From assembly GCA_022820925.1 (NCBI GenBank), contig JAJEEO010000012.1, positions 416,594 through 480,593 of the forward strand: a stretch of DNA of 64,000 bases. Direction: 5' to 3'. The translations under genes were made by a program, and so were the position numbers. Shown in pieces: positions 39,956 through 48,082 of this stretch (its first letter is position 1; each line of letters begins with the position of its first letter). Under the pieces are notes generated by a model that was given only the letters and a program-made list of their open reading frames with translations, was not told where the DNA came from and did not search any database. Origin of the DNA: Acidimicrobiia bacterium (GTDB lineage: Bacteria; Actinomycetota; Acidimicrobiia; Acidimicrobiales; Poriferisodalaceae).

Positions 39956-41068
39956 TCAGAAATCCTCGTCGAAGGCGACTTCGCCTTCGATGCCGACCTG
40001 GTAGGCGGCGACGGTGCGCTCGAAGAAGTTCGTGAGCTCCTGCACGTCCTGCAATTCCATGAAGGAAAAAGGGTTCTTGGAGCCGAAGTTTTTCGGCAGC
40101 CCGAGCTGAGCCAACCGCTGGTCGGCCACGAACTCCAAGTAGGACCGGGTGTCGGCAACCGACATGCCGGCCACGCCGCCCGACAGCACGTCGCGCGCGA
40201 ACTGCGTCTCGACGTCGACCGCTTCGACGATCATCTCGCGGATCCGGTCGGCGAGGTCCTGGTCGAACAGGTCGGGCTCCTCGGAACGGATCGTGCGCAC
40301 CACCTCGAACGCGAAGTTCATGTGCGCCGACTCGTCACGGAACACCCAGTTCGTGCCGGCCGCCAAGCCGTTCAGCAGACCCTTCGACCGCAGGAAATAG
40401 ACGTAGGCGAACGCCGCGAAGAAGAACAGCCCCTCGATGCACGCGGCGAAGCAGATCAGATTCAGCAGGAACGCCTTGCGGTGCTCGGCAGTCGAGAGCT
40501 GGTCGAGCGACCACACGCTGTCCATCCAGCGGAAGCAGAAATCGGCCTTGGCGGCGATGGAGGGGATGTTCTCGATGGCCGAGAACGCCGCCGCTCGCTC
40601 GTCGAGATCAGGGATGTAGTGATCCAGCAGCGTCAGGTAGAACTGCACGTGCAGCGCTTCCTCGTACAGCTGCCGGCTCAGGTACATGCGAGCCTCGGGG
40701 CTGTTGATGTGCTGGTAGAGGTTCAGCACCAGGTTGTTGGCGACGATCGAGTCGCCGGTGGCGAAGAACGCCACGAGCCGGTTGATGAGGTGCCGCTCAG
40801 CAGGCGCCAGCTTGCGGTTCAGGTCGACGATGTCGTCGGAGAAATCGATCTCCTCGACCGTCCAAGTGTTGCGGATGGCGTCGCGGTACATGTCGAAGAA
40901 CTGCGGGTACCGCATCGGGCGCAGTGTCAGCTCGAAGCCAGGGTCCAAGATGTTGCCGCTGCGCACAGCGGTCCCGGCGCCCGGGCCGCTCTGCGGCTCG
41001 CCGTCCGCAAGCGGCTCGGCCGGGAGGGATTGGGGCACCAATTCGGGTGCTGACTGCACGAGTGCCAT
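39956..41068 (-). CDS. nrdB: class I ribonucleotide reductase beta (R2) subunit
   Basis: Contains FFATGDSIVANN (Asp ligand), LYEEALHVQFY (ExxH followed by Tyr at the radical position) and FRDESAHMNF (ExxH). Confidence 0.92.
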   Translation of the reverse strand: MALVQSAPELVPQSLPAEPLADGEPQSGPGAGTAVRSGNILDPGFELTLRPMRYPQFFDMYRDAIRNTWTVEEIDFSDDIVDLNRKLAPAERHLINRLVAFFATGDSIVANNLVLNLYQHINSPEARMYLSRQLYEEALHVQFYLTLLDHYIPDLDERAAAFSAIENIPSIAAKADFCFRWMDSVWSLDQLSTAEHRKAFLLNLICFAACIEGLFFFAAFAYVYFLRSKGLLNGLAAGTNWVFRDESAHMNFAFEVVRTIRSEEPDLFDQDLADRIREMIVEAVDVETQFARDVLSGGVAGMSVADTRSYLEFVADQRLAQLGLPKNFGSKNPFSFMELQDVQELTNFFERTVAAYQVGIEGEVAFDEDF

Positions 41069-41118
41069 GGTGATCCTCTGTCTGTGTCAGGTGGTTCTGC
41101 CAAATAGCTCGCGACGCC

Positions 41119-43641
41119 TCATTCGCAGGCTTCGCAGGTCTCGGGGTTCTCCAGCGAGCACGCGACGGCCTCGGCGGCTGCTGTGTCGGCGGCCGTGTCG
41201 ATGACCGCGGCGGCCGAGCCCGCCGCGGCTGGTTCGGGCATGGTCGAGACGGTCGCTTGCGTCGCAGTGCCGCCGTTGAGCCGGGCGCCATTACTGCCCG
41301 ATGCGCTGTCGGTCGTGGTCTGGTTGATGCGGGTGGCCGGCCGGGAGCGCAGGTAATAGGTGGTCTTCAGGCCTGACTTCCAGGCGTGCATGTACATCGA
41401 GGAGAGCTTCCCGATGTTGGGGCTCTCCATGAAGAGGTTCAGCGACTGGCTCTGGTCGATGAAGGCGCCGCGTGCGGCGGCCATGTCGATGAGCGACCGC
41501 TGGGGCAGCTCCCACGCCGTGCGGTACACCGAGCGGAGGTCGTCGGGGATCTCGGCGATGTCCTGCACCGAACCCTCGGCCATCTTGATCTTGTTGGCCA
41601 TGGCCTCGGTCCACAGGCCGCGCTGTTGCAGTTCGCGCACCAAATAGCGATTGATCTGCATGAACTCGCCCGAGAGCGTCTCTCGCTTGAACAGGTTCGA
41701 TACCTGCGGTTCGATGCACTCGTAGCAGCCTGCGATGGACGCGATGGTGGCGGTGGGTGCAATTGCCACCAGCAGCGAGTTGCGCAGCCCGTGCTGGCCG
41801 ATTCGCTCGCGCAGCTCGGCCCATCGCTTGGGTTGGGACGGCTCGATGCCCCACAGGTCGAACTGCAGCTCTCCCGCAGCGGCTCGTGTCTGGTCGAACG
41901 CGCCGTGCGGCCCCTGCTGGCGAGCCAGCTCGCAGCTCGACCAGACCGCCCAGTAGTAGATCTCCTCGGCGATCCGGGCCGCGATCTCGACCGCCTCGGG
42001 CGAGTCGAACGCCAGATTGAGCTGGAAGAACACGTCCTGCAGGCCCATGACGCCCAGCCCGACGGGCCGCCAGCGCTCGTTCGATCGGGCGGCCTCGGGC
42101 GTCGGGTAGTAGTTGATGTCGATGACGCGGTCCAAGTAGGGCACCGCTGTGCGCACCACCTCTCCCAGCGCGTCGTAGTCGACTGTTCTGCCGCCATCTG
42201 GGTCTTCCCGCACGAACTTGGCGAGATTGACCGAGCCGAGGTTGCACACCGCCGTCTCGGCATCGCTGGTGACCTCGAGGATCTCCGTGCACAGGTTCGA
42301 CAGGTGAATGACGTTGCCGGGCTCGCCGGTCTGGTTGGACTTGGCGTTCGAGGCGTCCTTGAAGGTCATCCAGCCATTGCCGGTCTGGGCCAGCGTGCGC
42401 ATCATGCGGCTGTACAGCTCGCGGGCTGACACCTGCCGCTCGTACAGGCCCCCAGCCTCGGCTTCGCGGTAGGCATCGGTGAACTCGTCGCCGTACAGGT
42501 CGGTGAGATGCGGCACCCGCTTGGGGTCGAACAGCGACCACTGCCAGTCGTTCTCGACCCGGCGCATGAATTCGTCGGGCACCCAGTTCGCCAGGTTCAG
42601 GTTGTGGGTGCGCCTGGCATGGTCGCCGGTGGAGTCCTTCAGCTCCAGGAACTCCTCGATATCGGCGTGCCACGACTCGAGATACACGCACGCAGCACCC
42701 TTGCGCCGGCCGCCTTGGTTCACCGCCGCGACCGAGGAGTCGAGCGTCTTGAGCCACGGCACGATGCCGTTCGACAGGCCGTTGGTGCCGCTGATCAGTG
42801 AGCCGCGCGACCGCACCCGGTGCCAGCCGACCCCGATGCCGCCGGCGAACTTGGACAGCTTGGCGATGTCGGAGTAGCGGTCGTAGATGCCTTCGAGCGA
42901 ATCGGTGGGGCTGTCCAGCAGGTAGCACGACGACATCTGCGGGTGAGCCGTGCCCGAGTTGAACAGCGTGGGCGATGACGGCAGGTAGCGCAGGCTGGAG
43001 ATGAGCTCGTAGAACGCGATGGCCTCTTCCGCCGTCTGCGACAGACCGCAGGCGACGCGCAGCAGGAAGTACTGCGGGTTCTCGATGACCGTCCGGCGCT
43101 GCGGATGCCGCAGCAGGTAGCGGTCGTACACGGTGCGCAGCCCGAAGAACTCGAAGTCGCCGTTGCGCTGCGCGATGACCGCATCGTTGAGCTTGCGGGC
43201 GTTTGCGGCGACGAATGCCACCACATCGGGATGGATGAGCCCGCACTCGCCGCCCTCGGAGATGGACTGGCTGAACGAGTAGATGTTCTGGTTCTGGACT
43301 TCCTTGTCGATATAGGTGGCCAGCAGGCGGGCTGCCAGCTTGGAGTAATTCGGCTCCTCAGAGATCAGCGCCGCTGCCGTGCGAATCGACAGCTCGTCGA
43401 GCTCGGTGGTGGTGGCGCCGTCATGAAGACCCGAGATGGTCCGCGTCGCGACCCGCATGGGGTCGACGCCGGCCAGCTCGGTGGCACAGCGCTCGACGGC
43501 GCGCACGATCTTGTTGACGTCGACGGCCTGCATGGAGCCGTCGCGCTTCTGCACGCGCATGCCGGGGGTGTCGGCTGCCTCAGCGTGACGCGCAGCGTCG
43601 GCTGCAGAAGTGTCGGCTGCAGATGCATCGGTGATGCTCAT
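41119..43641 (-). CDS. nrdA: class Ia ribonucleotide reductase alpha (R1) subunit with N-terminal ATP-cone
   Basis: 840-aa ORF. The ATP-cone-like N-terminus reads VQKRDGSMQAVDVNKIVRAVERC. Also contains NLCTEI and a C-terminal CSLENPETCEAC redox tail. Confidence 0.95.
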   Translation of the reverse strand: MSITDASAADTSAADAARHAEAADTPGMRVQKRDGSMQAVDVNKIVRAVERCATELAGVDPMRVATRTISGLHDGATTTELDELSIRTAAALISEEPNYSKLAARLLATYIDKEVQNQNIYSFSQSISEGGECGLIHPDVVAFVAANARKLNDAVIAQRNGDFEFFGLRTVYDRYLLRHPQRRTVIENPQYFLLRVACGLSQTAEEAIAFYELISSLRYLPSSPTLFNSGTAHPQMSSCYLLDSPTDSLEGIYDRYSDIAKLSKFAGGIGVGWHRVRSRGSLISGTNGLSNGIVPWLKTLDSSVAAVNQGGRRKGAACVYLESWHADIEEFLELKDSTGDHARRTHNLNLANWVPDEFMRRVENDWQWSLFDPKRVPHLTDLYGDEFTDAYREAEAGGLYERQVSARELYSRMMRTLAQTGNGWMTFKDASNAKSNQTGEPGNVIHLSNLCTEILEVTSDAETAVCNLGSVNLAKFVREDPDGGRTVDYDALGEVVRTAVPYLDRVIDINYYPTPEAARSNERWRPVGLGVMGLQDVFFQLNLAFDSPEAVEIAARIAEEIYYWAVWSSCELARQQGPHGAFDQTRAAAGELQFDLWGIEPSQPKRWAELRERIGQHGLRNSLLVAIAPTATIASIAGCYECIEPQVSNLFKRETLSGEFMQINRYLVRELQQRGLWTEAMANKIKMAEGSVQDIAEIPDDLRSVYRTAWELPQRSLIDMAAARGAFIDQSQSLNLFMESPNIGKLSSMYMHAWKSGLKTTYYLRSRPATRINQTTTDSASGSNGARLNGGTATQATVSTMPEPAAAGSAAAVIDTAADTAAAEAVACSLENPETCEACE

Positions 43642-43654
43642 CTGCCGGCGCCTC

Positions 43655-43800
43655 GGCCTAGACAGGCACCGAGGTGCGCTGTGCGACGTGTGGTGATCAT
43701 GCCGGTCTCCGTCCCTCTCATCCCGCCGAATGCAGTGCCGTCCCGAGTGCTTGGGAGCGACGGCGACTGCTCAAATCACACTGTCGTAGTTACACAGGTG
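43655..43800 (-). ncRNA. candidate cobalamin (B12) riboswitch in the nrdAB leader
   Basis: The minus-strand leader contains GGCACUG (reverse complement of 43733-43739). It also contains GAGGGACGGAGACCGGCA (reverse complement of 43699-43716), which resembles the B12 box (AGYCMGGAGACCKGCC as I remember it). A terminal hairpin, CCUCGG...CCGAGG (43674-43651), would sequester the GAGG 9 nt upstream of the AUG. The 5' half matches the consensus poorly. A TATAAA -10-like hexamer lies at 43810-43815. Confidence 0.35.
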
Positions 43801-43803
43801 TGA
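43776..43803. promoter_or_regulatory. second copy of the TCACAC-N16-GTGTGA palindromic element, in the nrdA leader
   Basis: The + strand reads aaaTCACACtgtcGTAGTTacacagGTGTGAgg. The minus strand reads ccTCACACctgtgtAACTACgacaGTGTGAttt, to be compared with 25203-25230, TCACACaccgtgAACTACtgaaGTGTGAtct. Confidence 0.35.
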
Positions 43804-43964
43804 GGAACATTTATAGCGCGGACGGCCCAGTGCTGCGAGCCTTGGTCTGATCTCTTGACAACAGGCCGAATACGAGGCCGGCGGCGGCGGTCTGCCGCGC
43901 GTTCCGGCAGCGCCTGAGCTGCACTGCCAGTCGTCTTTCGCCCTGGAGATGCCACACTGCTGAT

Positions 43965-45203
43965 GTGTCCAACACAACGAATCGCATCGTCGTCGTCGGC
44001 GCCTCCCTGGCAGGCGCGCGCGCGGTGCACAGCGTGCGCGCTGCGGGCCATGACGGGCCGCTGACGCTCATCGGCGCCGAGCCGCACCTCCCCTACGACC
44101 GGCCGCCGCTGTCGAAGGAGTTCCTCACCGGCGATCAGGAGCCCGGCTCGCTGGCCCTCGACCCAGACGGCGCCTACCACGACCTCGACGTAGAGGTCAT
44201 GCTGAGCACCCACGCGGTGGGGCTTGACGTGGCGGCTCGAACGGTCGCTGTCGCCCCAGCGGCAGGCGGCAGCGCCGAGACGGTGCCGTTCGACGGCCTC
44301 GTCATCGCGACGGGCGCGGCGGCTCGGTCGTTGCCGGGCACGGAGGGCATCAGGGGTGTGCACACGCTGCGCACCGTCGACGACGCGCAGGCCATCCGTG
44401 AAGGTCTCGACGCGGGCGCGCGAGTGGCCGTGGTGGGCGGCGGCTTCATCGGCTCGGAGGTGGCGGCCTCCGCCAAGGCCCGGGGCTGCGAGGTGACGGT
44501 GATCGAGGCGGCCCCGGCTCCGCTGATGCGCGGGCTCGGAGCAGAGATGGGCACGCAGGTCGGTGCGCTGCACGGTCAGAACGGTGTGGAGCTGCGGCTG
44601 GGCGTCGGCGTGGACGGCGTGCTGGGCGCCGACCGGGTCGAAGCGGTCGCCATGGCCGACGGCAGCCGTGTCGAGGCCGACGTGGTGGTGGTGGGCATCG
44701 GCGTGGTGCCCAACACGGCATGGCTGGAAGGCTCGGGACTGCAGATCGACAACGGCGTGGTCTGCGACGAGATGCTGTGCTGCGGCCCCCCGGGTGTCTA
44801 CGCCGTGGGCGATGTCGCACGTGCGCCCAATGGCTGGCTGGGGCCGCTTCGGGGCTCCGAACCGGTGCGGGTCGAGCACTGGACCGCGGCAGTCGAGCAC
44901 GGCATGGCCGTGGGGCGCAACCTGGTGGCGCCTGGCGAAGCGCAGCCGTACAACTCGGTTCCCTTCGTGTGGTCCGACCAGTACGACGCCCGCATCCAGA
45001 TCGCCGGGCATCCCGACGCCGACGACGAGGTCGACGTGCTCGTCGGCTCAGGCCGTTCCTTCCTGGCCGGCTACCGGCGCAACGGCCGCCTGAGCGCGGT
45101 GATGGCGCTCGACGCGATCAGGCCGTTCGTGCGCTTCCGCCGGCTCCTGGCATCTCACCCGTCCTGGGACGACGCGCTGGAGCTCGCCGCAACCCTCGGT
45201 TGA
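43965..45203 (+). CDS. FAD-dependent pyridine nucleotide-disulfide oxidoreductase, ferredoxin-reductase-like
   Basis: Contains RIVVVGASLAGARAV (FAD GxGxxG), LTLIGAEPHLPYDRPPLSKEFL, VAVVGGGFIGSEVAA (the NAD site) and YAVGDVA. Confidence 0.88.
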   Translation: MSNTTNRIVVVGASLAGARAVHSVRAAGHDGPLTLIGAEPHLPYDRPPLSKEFLTGDQEPGSLALDPDGAYHDLDVEVMLSTHAVGLDVAARTVAVAPAAGGSAETVPFDGLVIATGAAARSLPGTEGIRGVHTLRTVDDAQAIREGLDAGARVAVVGGGFIGSEVAASAKARGCEVTVIEAAPAPLMRGLGAEMGTQVGALHGQNGVELRLGVGVDGVLGADRVEAVAMADGSRVEADVVVVGIGVVPNTAWLEGSGLQIDNGVVCDEMLCCGPPGVYAVGDVARAPNGWLGPLRGSEPVRVEHWTAAVEHGMAVGRNLVAPGEAQPYNSVPFVWSDQYDARIQIAGHPDADDEVDVLVGSGRSFLAGYRRNGRLSAVMALDAIRPFVRFRRLLASHPSWDDALELAATLG

Positions 45204-45216
45204 TCGGCTCCGCCGC

Positions 45217-45588
45217 TTAGTTGACGGTCTGGTCTACCTCGTCACGCTCGGCGTAGAAGCTCATCAGCCCGGCGATCTCCGCCATCTCGGGGATCGGATC
45301 TGGATAGGACCACACGACATCGTCGTAGCTCTGACCGTTCACTGCTACTGACCAGTAGCTGGCATCGCCCTTCCACGGTCAGTGCGTCGACAGCACTGTC
45401 GGCTGGAGCAGCTCCATCTTCACGTCGGAGATCGGCAGGTAGTGGCGAGGCGGCAGCCGTCCCTCGGTCAGCACCAGGGCCGCAGTCGAATCCGCCACGA
45501 TCTCGCCGTCCACCCGGACCGTCACCCGCCCTGGCTCGGGCACGATCGCGATCTCAGGTTTGCGATGTTCTGTCGCCGTCTCGCTCAT
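45217..45588 (-). CDS. DUF427-family protein with in-frame UGA at the conserved Cys of the CP(Y/W)KG motif (candidate selenoprotein; alternatively a nonsense pseudogene)
   Basis: Track ORF 45379..45630 ends ...LQPTVLSTH at TGA (45381-45379). Hand translation of the same frame continues PWKGDASYWSVAVNGQSYDDVVWSYPDPIPEMAEIAGLMSFYAERDEVDQTVN to TAA at 45219-45217. The DUF427 consensus, as I remember it, is ...T.CP(Y/W)KG.A.YWS...VWSY..P. The ATG at 45588 (MSETATEH) is preceded by AAGGGGA, giving 123 codons with U at position 70. Confidence 0.65.
45344..45359 (-). promoter_or_regulatory. SECIS-like hairpin GCUACU-GGUC-AGUAGC downstream of the DUF427 UGA
   Basis: A perfect 6-bp stem with apical loop GGUC lies 19 nt after the UGA. 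The E. coli fdhF SECIS apical region also reads GGUC, with the essential G and U. An outer CCGU/ACGG pairing (45378-45375 with 45338-45335) is possible. Confidence 0.45.
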
Positions 45589-45700
45589 CAGCGCTCCCCT
45601 TCGCCGGAAGTGTGTTGTCACTGCAGGCACATCATGGCACCGCTCTCGCCGGCCGTGCGGCGCGCCCCGTTGCGCGCTGCCCCGCGGGCGCGTCCGACGA

Positions 45701-46309
45701 TCAGTTGATGATCTTGAGTCCGAGCGATTCGCACAGATAGGGATGCTGGCTGCGGATGCGCTCCTCGACCGCGTCCATCCTCGTGTCGTCGTTCAGCGCC
45801 TGCAGCAGCAGAAGCTCGAATGCCGGCAGCTCCAGGCTGCCGCCGACGCGGTTGAGGAAGCCGATCACTGCGGCGGCGCCGGATCGCTCCTGGAATCGCC
45901 GCAGTGCCGCGTCGTCGGTGCTCATGATCTCGCACGAGCTGAAGTAGATGATCCGCCCGCCGGCCCGTCCGTCGAGCGCGTCGGCGAGATCCTCCAGGGT
46001 CACCTTGGTCGAGCCGCTCAGCCAGAGCTCTCCGGGCTTGCCGTGAAATCCGAAGTGCCCGATCTGGTAGTCGCGGTAGCGCTGCTGGGTCCATTTGCGG
46101 ACGTAGTAGAAGAGCTCGGGCGCCGTGCCGATGTCGCGCCGGATGAACTTCAGGCCGCTGAGTTCGCGAATGGTCTGCAGCAGCGTGGCCACGCCGAACT
46201 GCTGGCGGAGATCTGCATCGGAGTCGTCGCCTTCGAATGCAAAGACGCCCGTGGCGAGTCGCCGTGACGCCCGCCCGCCCGGAGCTGCTGCCGGCACATC
46301 CTTTGCCAT
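45701..46309 (-). CDS. hypothetical protein with a caspase/CHAT-like His...Cys arrangement
   Basis: 202-aa ORF with non-shadow composition. IGHFGFHGKPGELWL and, about 35 aa later, RIIYFSSCEIMS resemble the (A/G)HG ... (L/F)S(A/S)C dyad of CHAT/caspase-fold proteins. The family identity is unverified. Confidence 0.6.
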   Translation of the reverse strand: MAKDVPAAAPGGRASRRLATGVFAFEGDDSDADLRQQFGVATLLQTIRELSGLKFIRRDIGTAPELFYYVRKWTQQRYRDYQIGHFGFHGKPGELWLSGSTKVTLEDLADALDGRAGGRIIYFSSCEIMSTDDAALRRFQERSGAAAVIGFLNRVGGSLELPAFELLLLQALNDDTRMDAVEERIRSQHPYLCESLGLKIIN

Positions 46310-46323
46310 GACAAACCCCGCTG

Positions 46324-46401
46324 TGGTCGGGCTGAGAGGATTTGAACCTCCGACCCCTGGTCCCCCAGACCAGTGCGCTAACCAGACTGCGCCACAGCCC
46401 G
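46324..46401 (-). tRNA. tRNA-Pro (anticodon GGG), CCA encoded
   Basis: The reverse complement reads CGGGCUG-UG-GCGC-AGUCUGGUUA-GCGC-A-CUGGU-CUGGGGG-ACCAG-GGGUC-GGAGG-UUCAAAU-CCUCU-CAGCCCG-A-CCA. It has a 7-bp acceptor stem, a 4-bp D stem, a 5-bp anticodon stem with loop CU-GGG-GG, and the T-loop UUCAAAU. Confidence 0.9.
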
Positions 46402-46454
46402 TTCCGCAGGCACGATACCGGTTGGGTCGGATCGAAAGTTGGGCAGCAAGCCGC

Positions 46455-46688
46455 TCAACTGATCCACTGGATCAGCCACACGACGCCTTCCACCGCACGC
46501 CAGCCCAAGTACACGGTCGCCATGACGACGACGAGCCAGAAGTGCCACGGTGCCCCCGTGCGCCCCTGCTGGGACCGGTCGCCTTCGCTGCTCTGACGCC
46601 CGCCGGCGTGGCTGGCTGCGTCAGGAAGCGGGCGGCGGTTCTGCCGCCGGGCGGTCGGGTCGGCGCCGCGCCGCGACGGCGGCCTCAT
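46455..46688 (-). CDS. possible small membrane protein translationally coupled to der
   Basis: The ATG overlaps the der stop (ATGA). The C-terminus APWHFWLVVVMATVYLGWRAVEGVVWLIQWI is hydrophobic, but the N-terminal half is Arg/Pro-rich and could be non-coding. Confidence 0.3.
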   Translation of the reverse strand: MRPPSRRGADPTARRQNRRPLPDAASHAGGRQSSEGDRSQQGRTGAPWHFWLVVVMATVYLGWRAVEGVVWLIQWIS

Positions 46689-48082
46689 CGTCGGCGCACT
46701 CGCAGTTTGAGCGGCGTCTTCGCGAGACCCAGCTCTTCGCGCAGGCGGCGCTCGAGGTAGCGCAGGTAGGTGGCCGGGAGCTCCCGGTTGGCGAACAGCG
46801 TGAACGTCGGCGGCTGCGTTGCGGCTTGAGTGGCGTACAGCACCCGTGCTCCGCCGGGCGCCGGCTGTGCGGACTGCGCGAGCTGGACGATCTCGTTCAC
46901 CTTGGCGGTCGGCGCTCTCGATTCGTACGCCTCCATCGCGGCGGAGACTGCGGGCACCAGCCGATGCACGCCCCGACCCGTCAGCGCGCTGATGCGCAGC
47001 ACGGGCGATTCGCCGACGAAGTGCAGGCGGCGCGCCAGCTCGCCCAGGACGCGCTCACGATGCTCGGCATCCAGCGTCTCCCACTTGTTGAGCAGCACCA
47101 CGATCGGGCAGCCGGCCGCGTCGATGCGCTCGGCCAGACGCTGATCCTGTGCCGTCACCCCTTCGGTGGCGTCGATGACCAGCAGCGACACGTCGCAGGC
47201 GTCGATGGCACGCAGCGCCCGCAGGTTGGCGTAGTACTCGGTGTCGGCGTCGACACGGGCCTTGCGGCGCATGCCGGCGGTGTCCACGAACCGCACCGGG
47301 CCCGCCTCGGTCTCCACAAGGGTGTCGATGGTGTCGCGGGTCGTGCCGGGCCGGTCATGGACGACCGACCGTTCGTCGCCGATGAGCCGGTTGAAGAGCG
47401 TGGATTTTCCGACGTTGGGCCGACCCACGATGGCCACTGCGGGCACCGCCGCATCTCCCTCGACGGGAGCCTCGTTTTCGCTGTCGCTGACGGGCTCGTC
47501 ACGGTCTGCAGTTGCCCTCTCGGCAGAGTCCGCGACTGCGTCGGGGCTGCCGGCGAGGCGGCCGGAGCAGACGTCTTCACCGAGATCGAGCAGGTCCTGC
47601 ACCTGATCCAGCAGATCGCCGACGTTGCGGCCGTGCAGGGCGGACACGGCCCAGGCTTCGCCGAGCCCGAGGCGGTTGAACTCCCAGCGACCGTCGTCAC
47701 GGGCGCGGCTGTCGGCCTTGTTCGCAACCACCAGCGTCGGCCGGCCGCTGCGGCGCAGCATGGCGGCGATCCGGGCGTCGGGCTCGGTGATGCCCACGGT
47801 CACGTCGACCACCAGCAGCAGGACATCGGCGTCGGCCATGGCCCGTTCGCTCTGCTCGGACACCTTGCCGTCGAGCGTGTCACCGTCCGGCGACCATCCG
47901 CCGGTGTCCACCACCATGAAGGGGTGGCCTCGCCAAGCGGCCTCGGCTGCCTTGCGGTCGCGCGTCACGCCAGGCTCGGGCGCCACCACCGCCTCGCGGC
48001 GGCCGACGAGCCGGTTGAACAGCGTGGACTTGCCGACGTTGGGCCGACCCACGATGCCGACGACGGGCAGTCCGGCACTCAT
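46685..48082 (-). CDS. der: ribosome-associated GTPase Der (EngA), two tandem GTPase domains
   Basis: The ATG at 48082 gives MSAGLPVVGIVGRPNVGKSTLFNRL. The second P-loop is VAIVGRPNVGKSTLFNRL, and a KH-like C-terminus follows. The upstream extension of the track ORF is junk. Confidence 0.93.
   Translation of the reverse strand: MSAGLPVVGIVGRPNVGKSTLFNRLVGRREAVVAPEPGVTRDRKAAEAAWRGHPFMVVDTGGWSPDGDTLDGKVSEQSERAMADADVLLLVVDVTVGITEPDARIAAMLRRSGRPTLVVANKADSRARDDGRWEFNRLGLGEAWAVSALHGRNVGDLLDQVQDLLDLGEDVCSGRLAGSPDAVADSAERATADRDEPVSDSENEAPVEGDAAVPAVAIVGRPNVGKSTLFNRLIGDERSVVHDRPGTTRDTIDTLVETEAGPVRFVDTAGMRRKARVDADTEYYANLRALRAIDACDVSLLVIDATEGVTAQDQRLAERIDAAGCPIVVLLNKWETLDAEHRERVLGELARRLHFVGESPVLRISALTGRGVHRLVPAVSAAMEAYESRAPTAKVNEIVQLAQSAQPAPGGARVLYATQAATQPPTFTLFANRELPATYLRYLERRLREELGLAKTPLKLRVRRR

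Noticed and set aside
43776-43803. NrdR boxes in the nrdA leader
   Set aside because: NrdR boxes, as I remember them, are 16-bp palindromes (ACAC-N8-GTGT type), usually in a phased pair. The element here has arms separated by 16 nt, and I found no second phased box. I kept it as a different, unassigned palindromic element.
45217-46401. Integrated element at tRNA-Pro
   Set aside because: No integrase or recombinase gene, and I could find no direct repeat of the tRNA 3' end in the flanking sequence inside the window.
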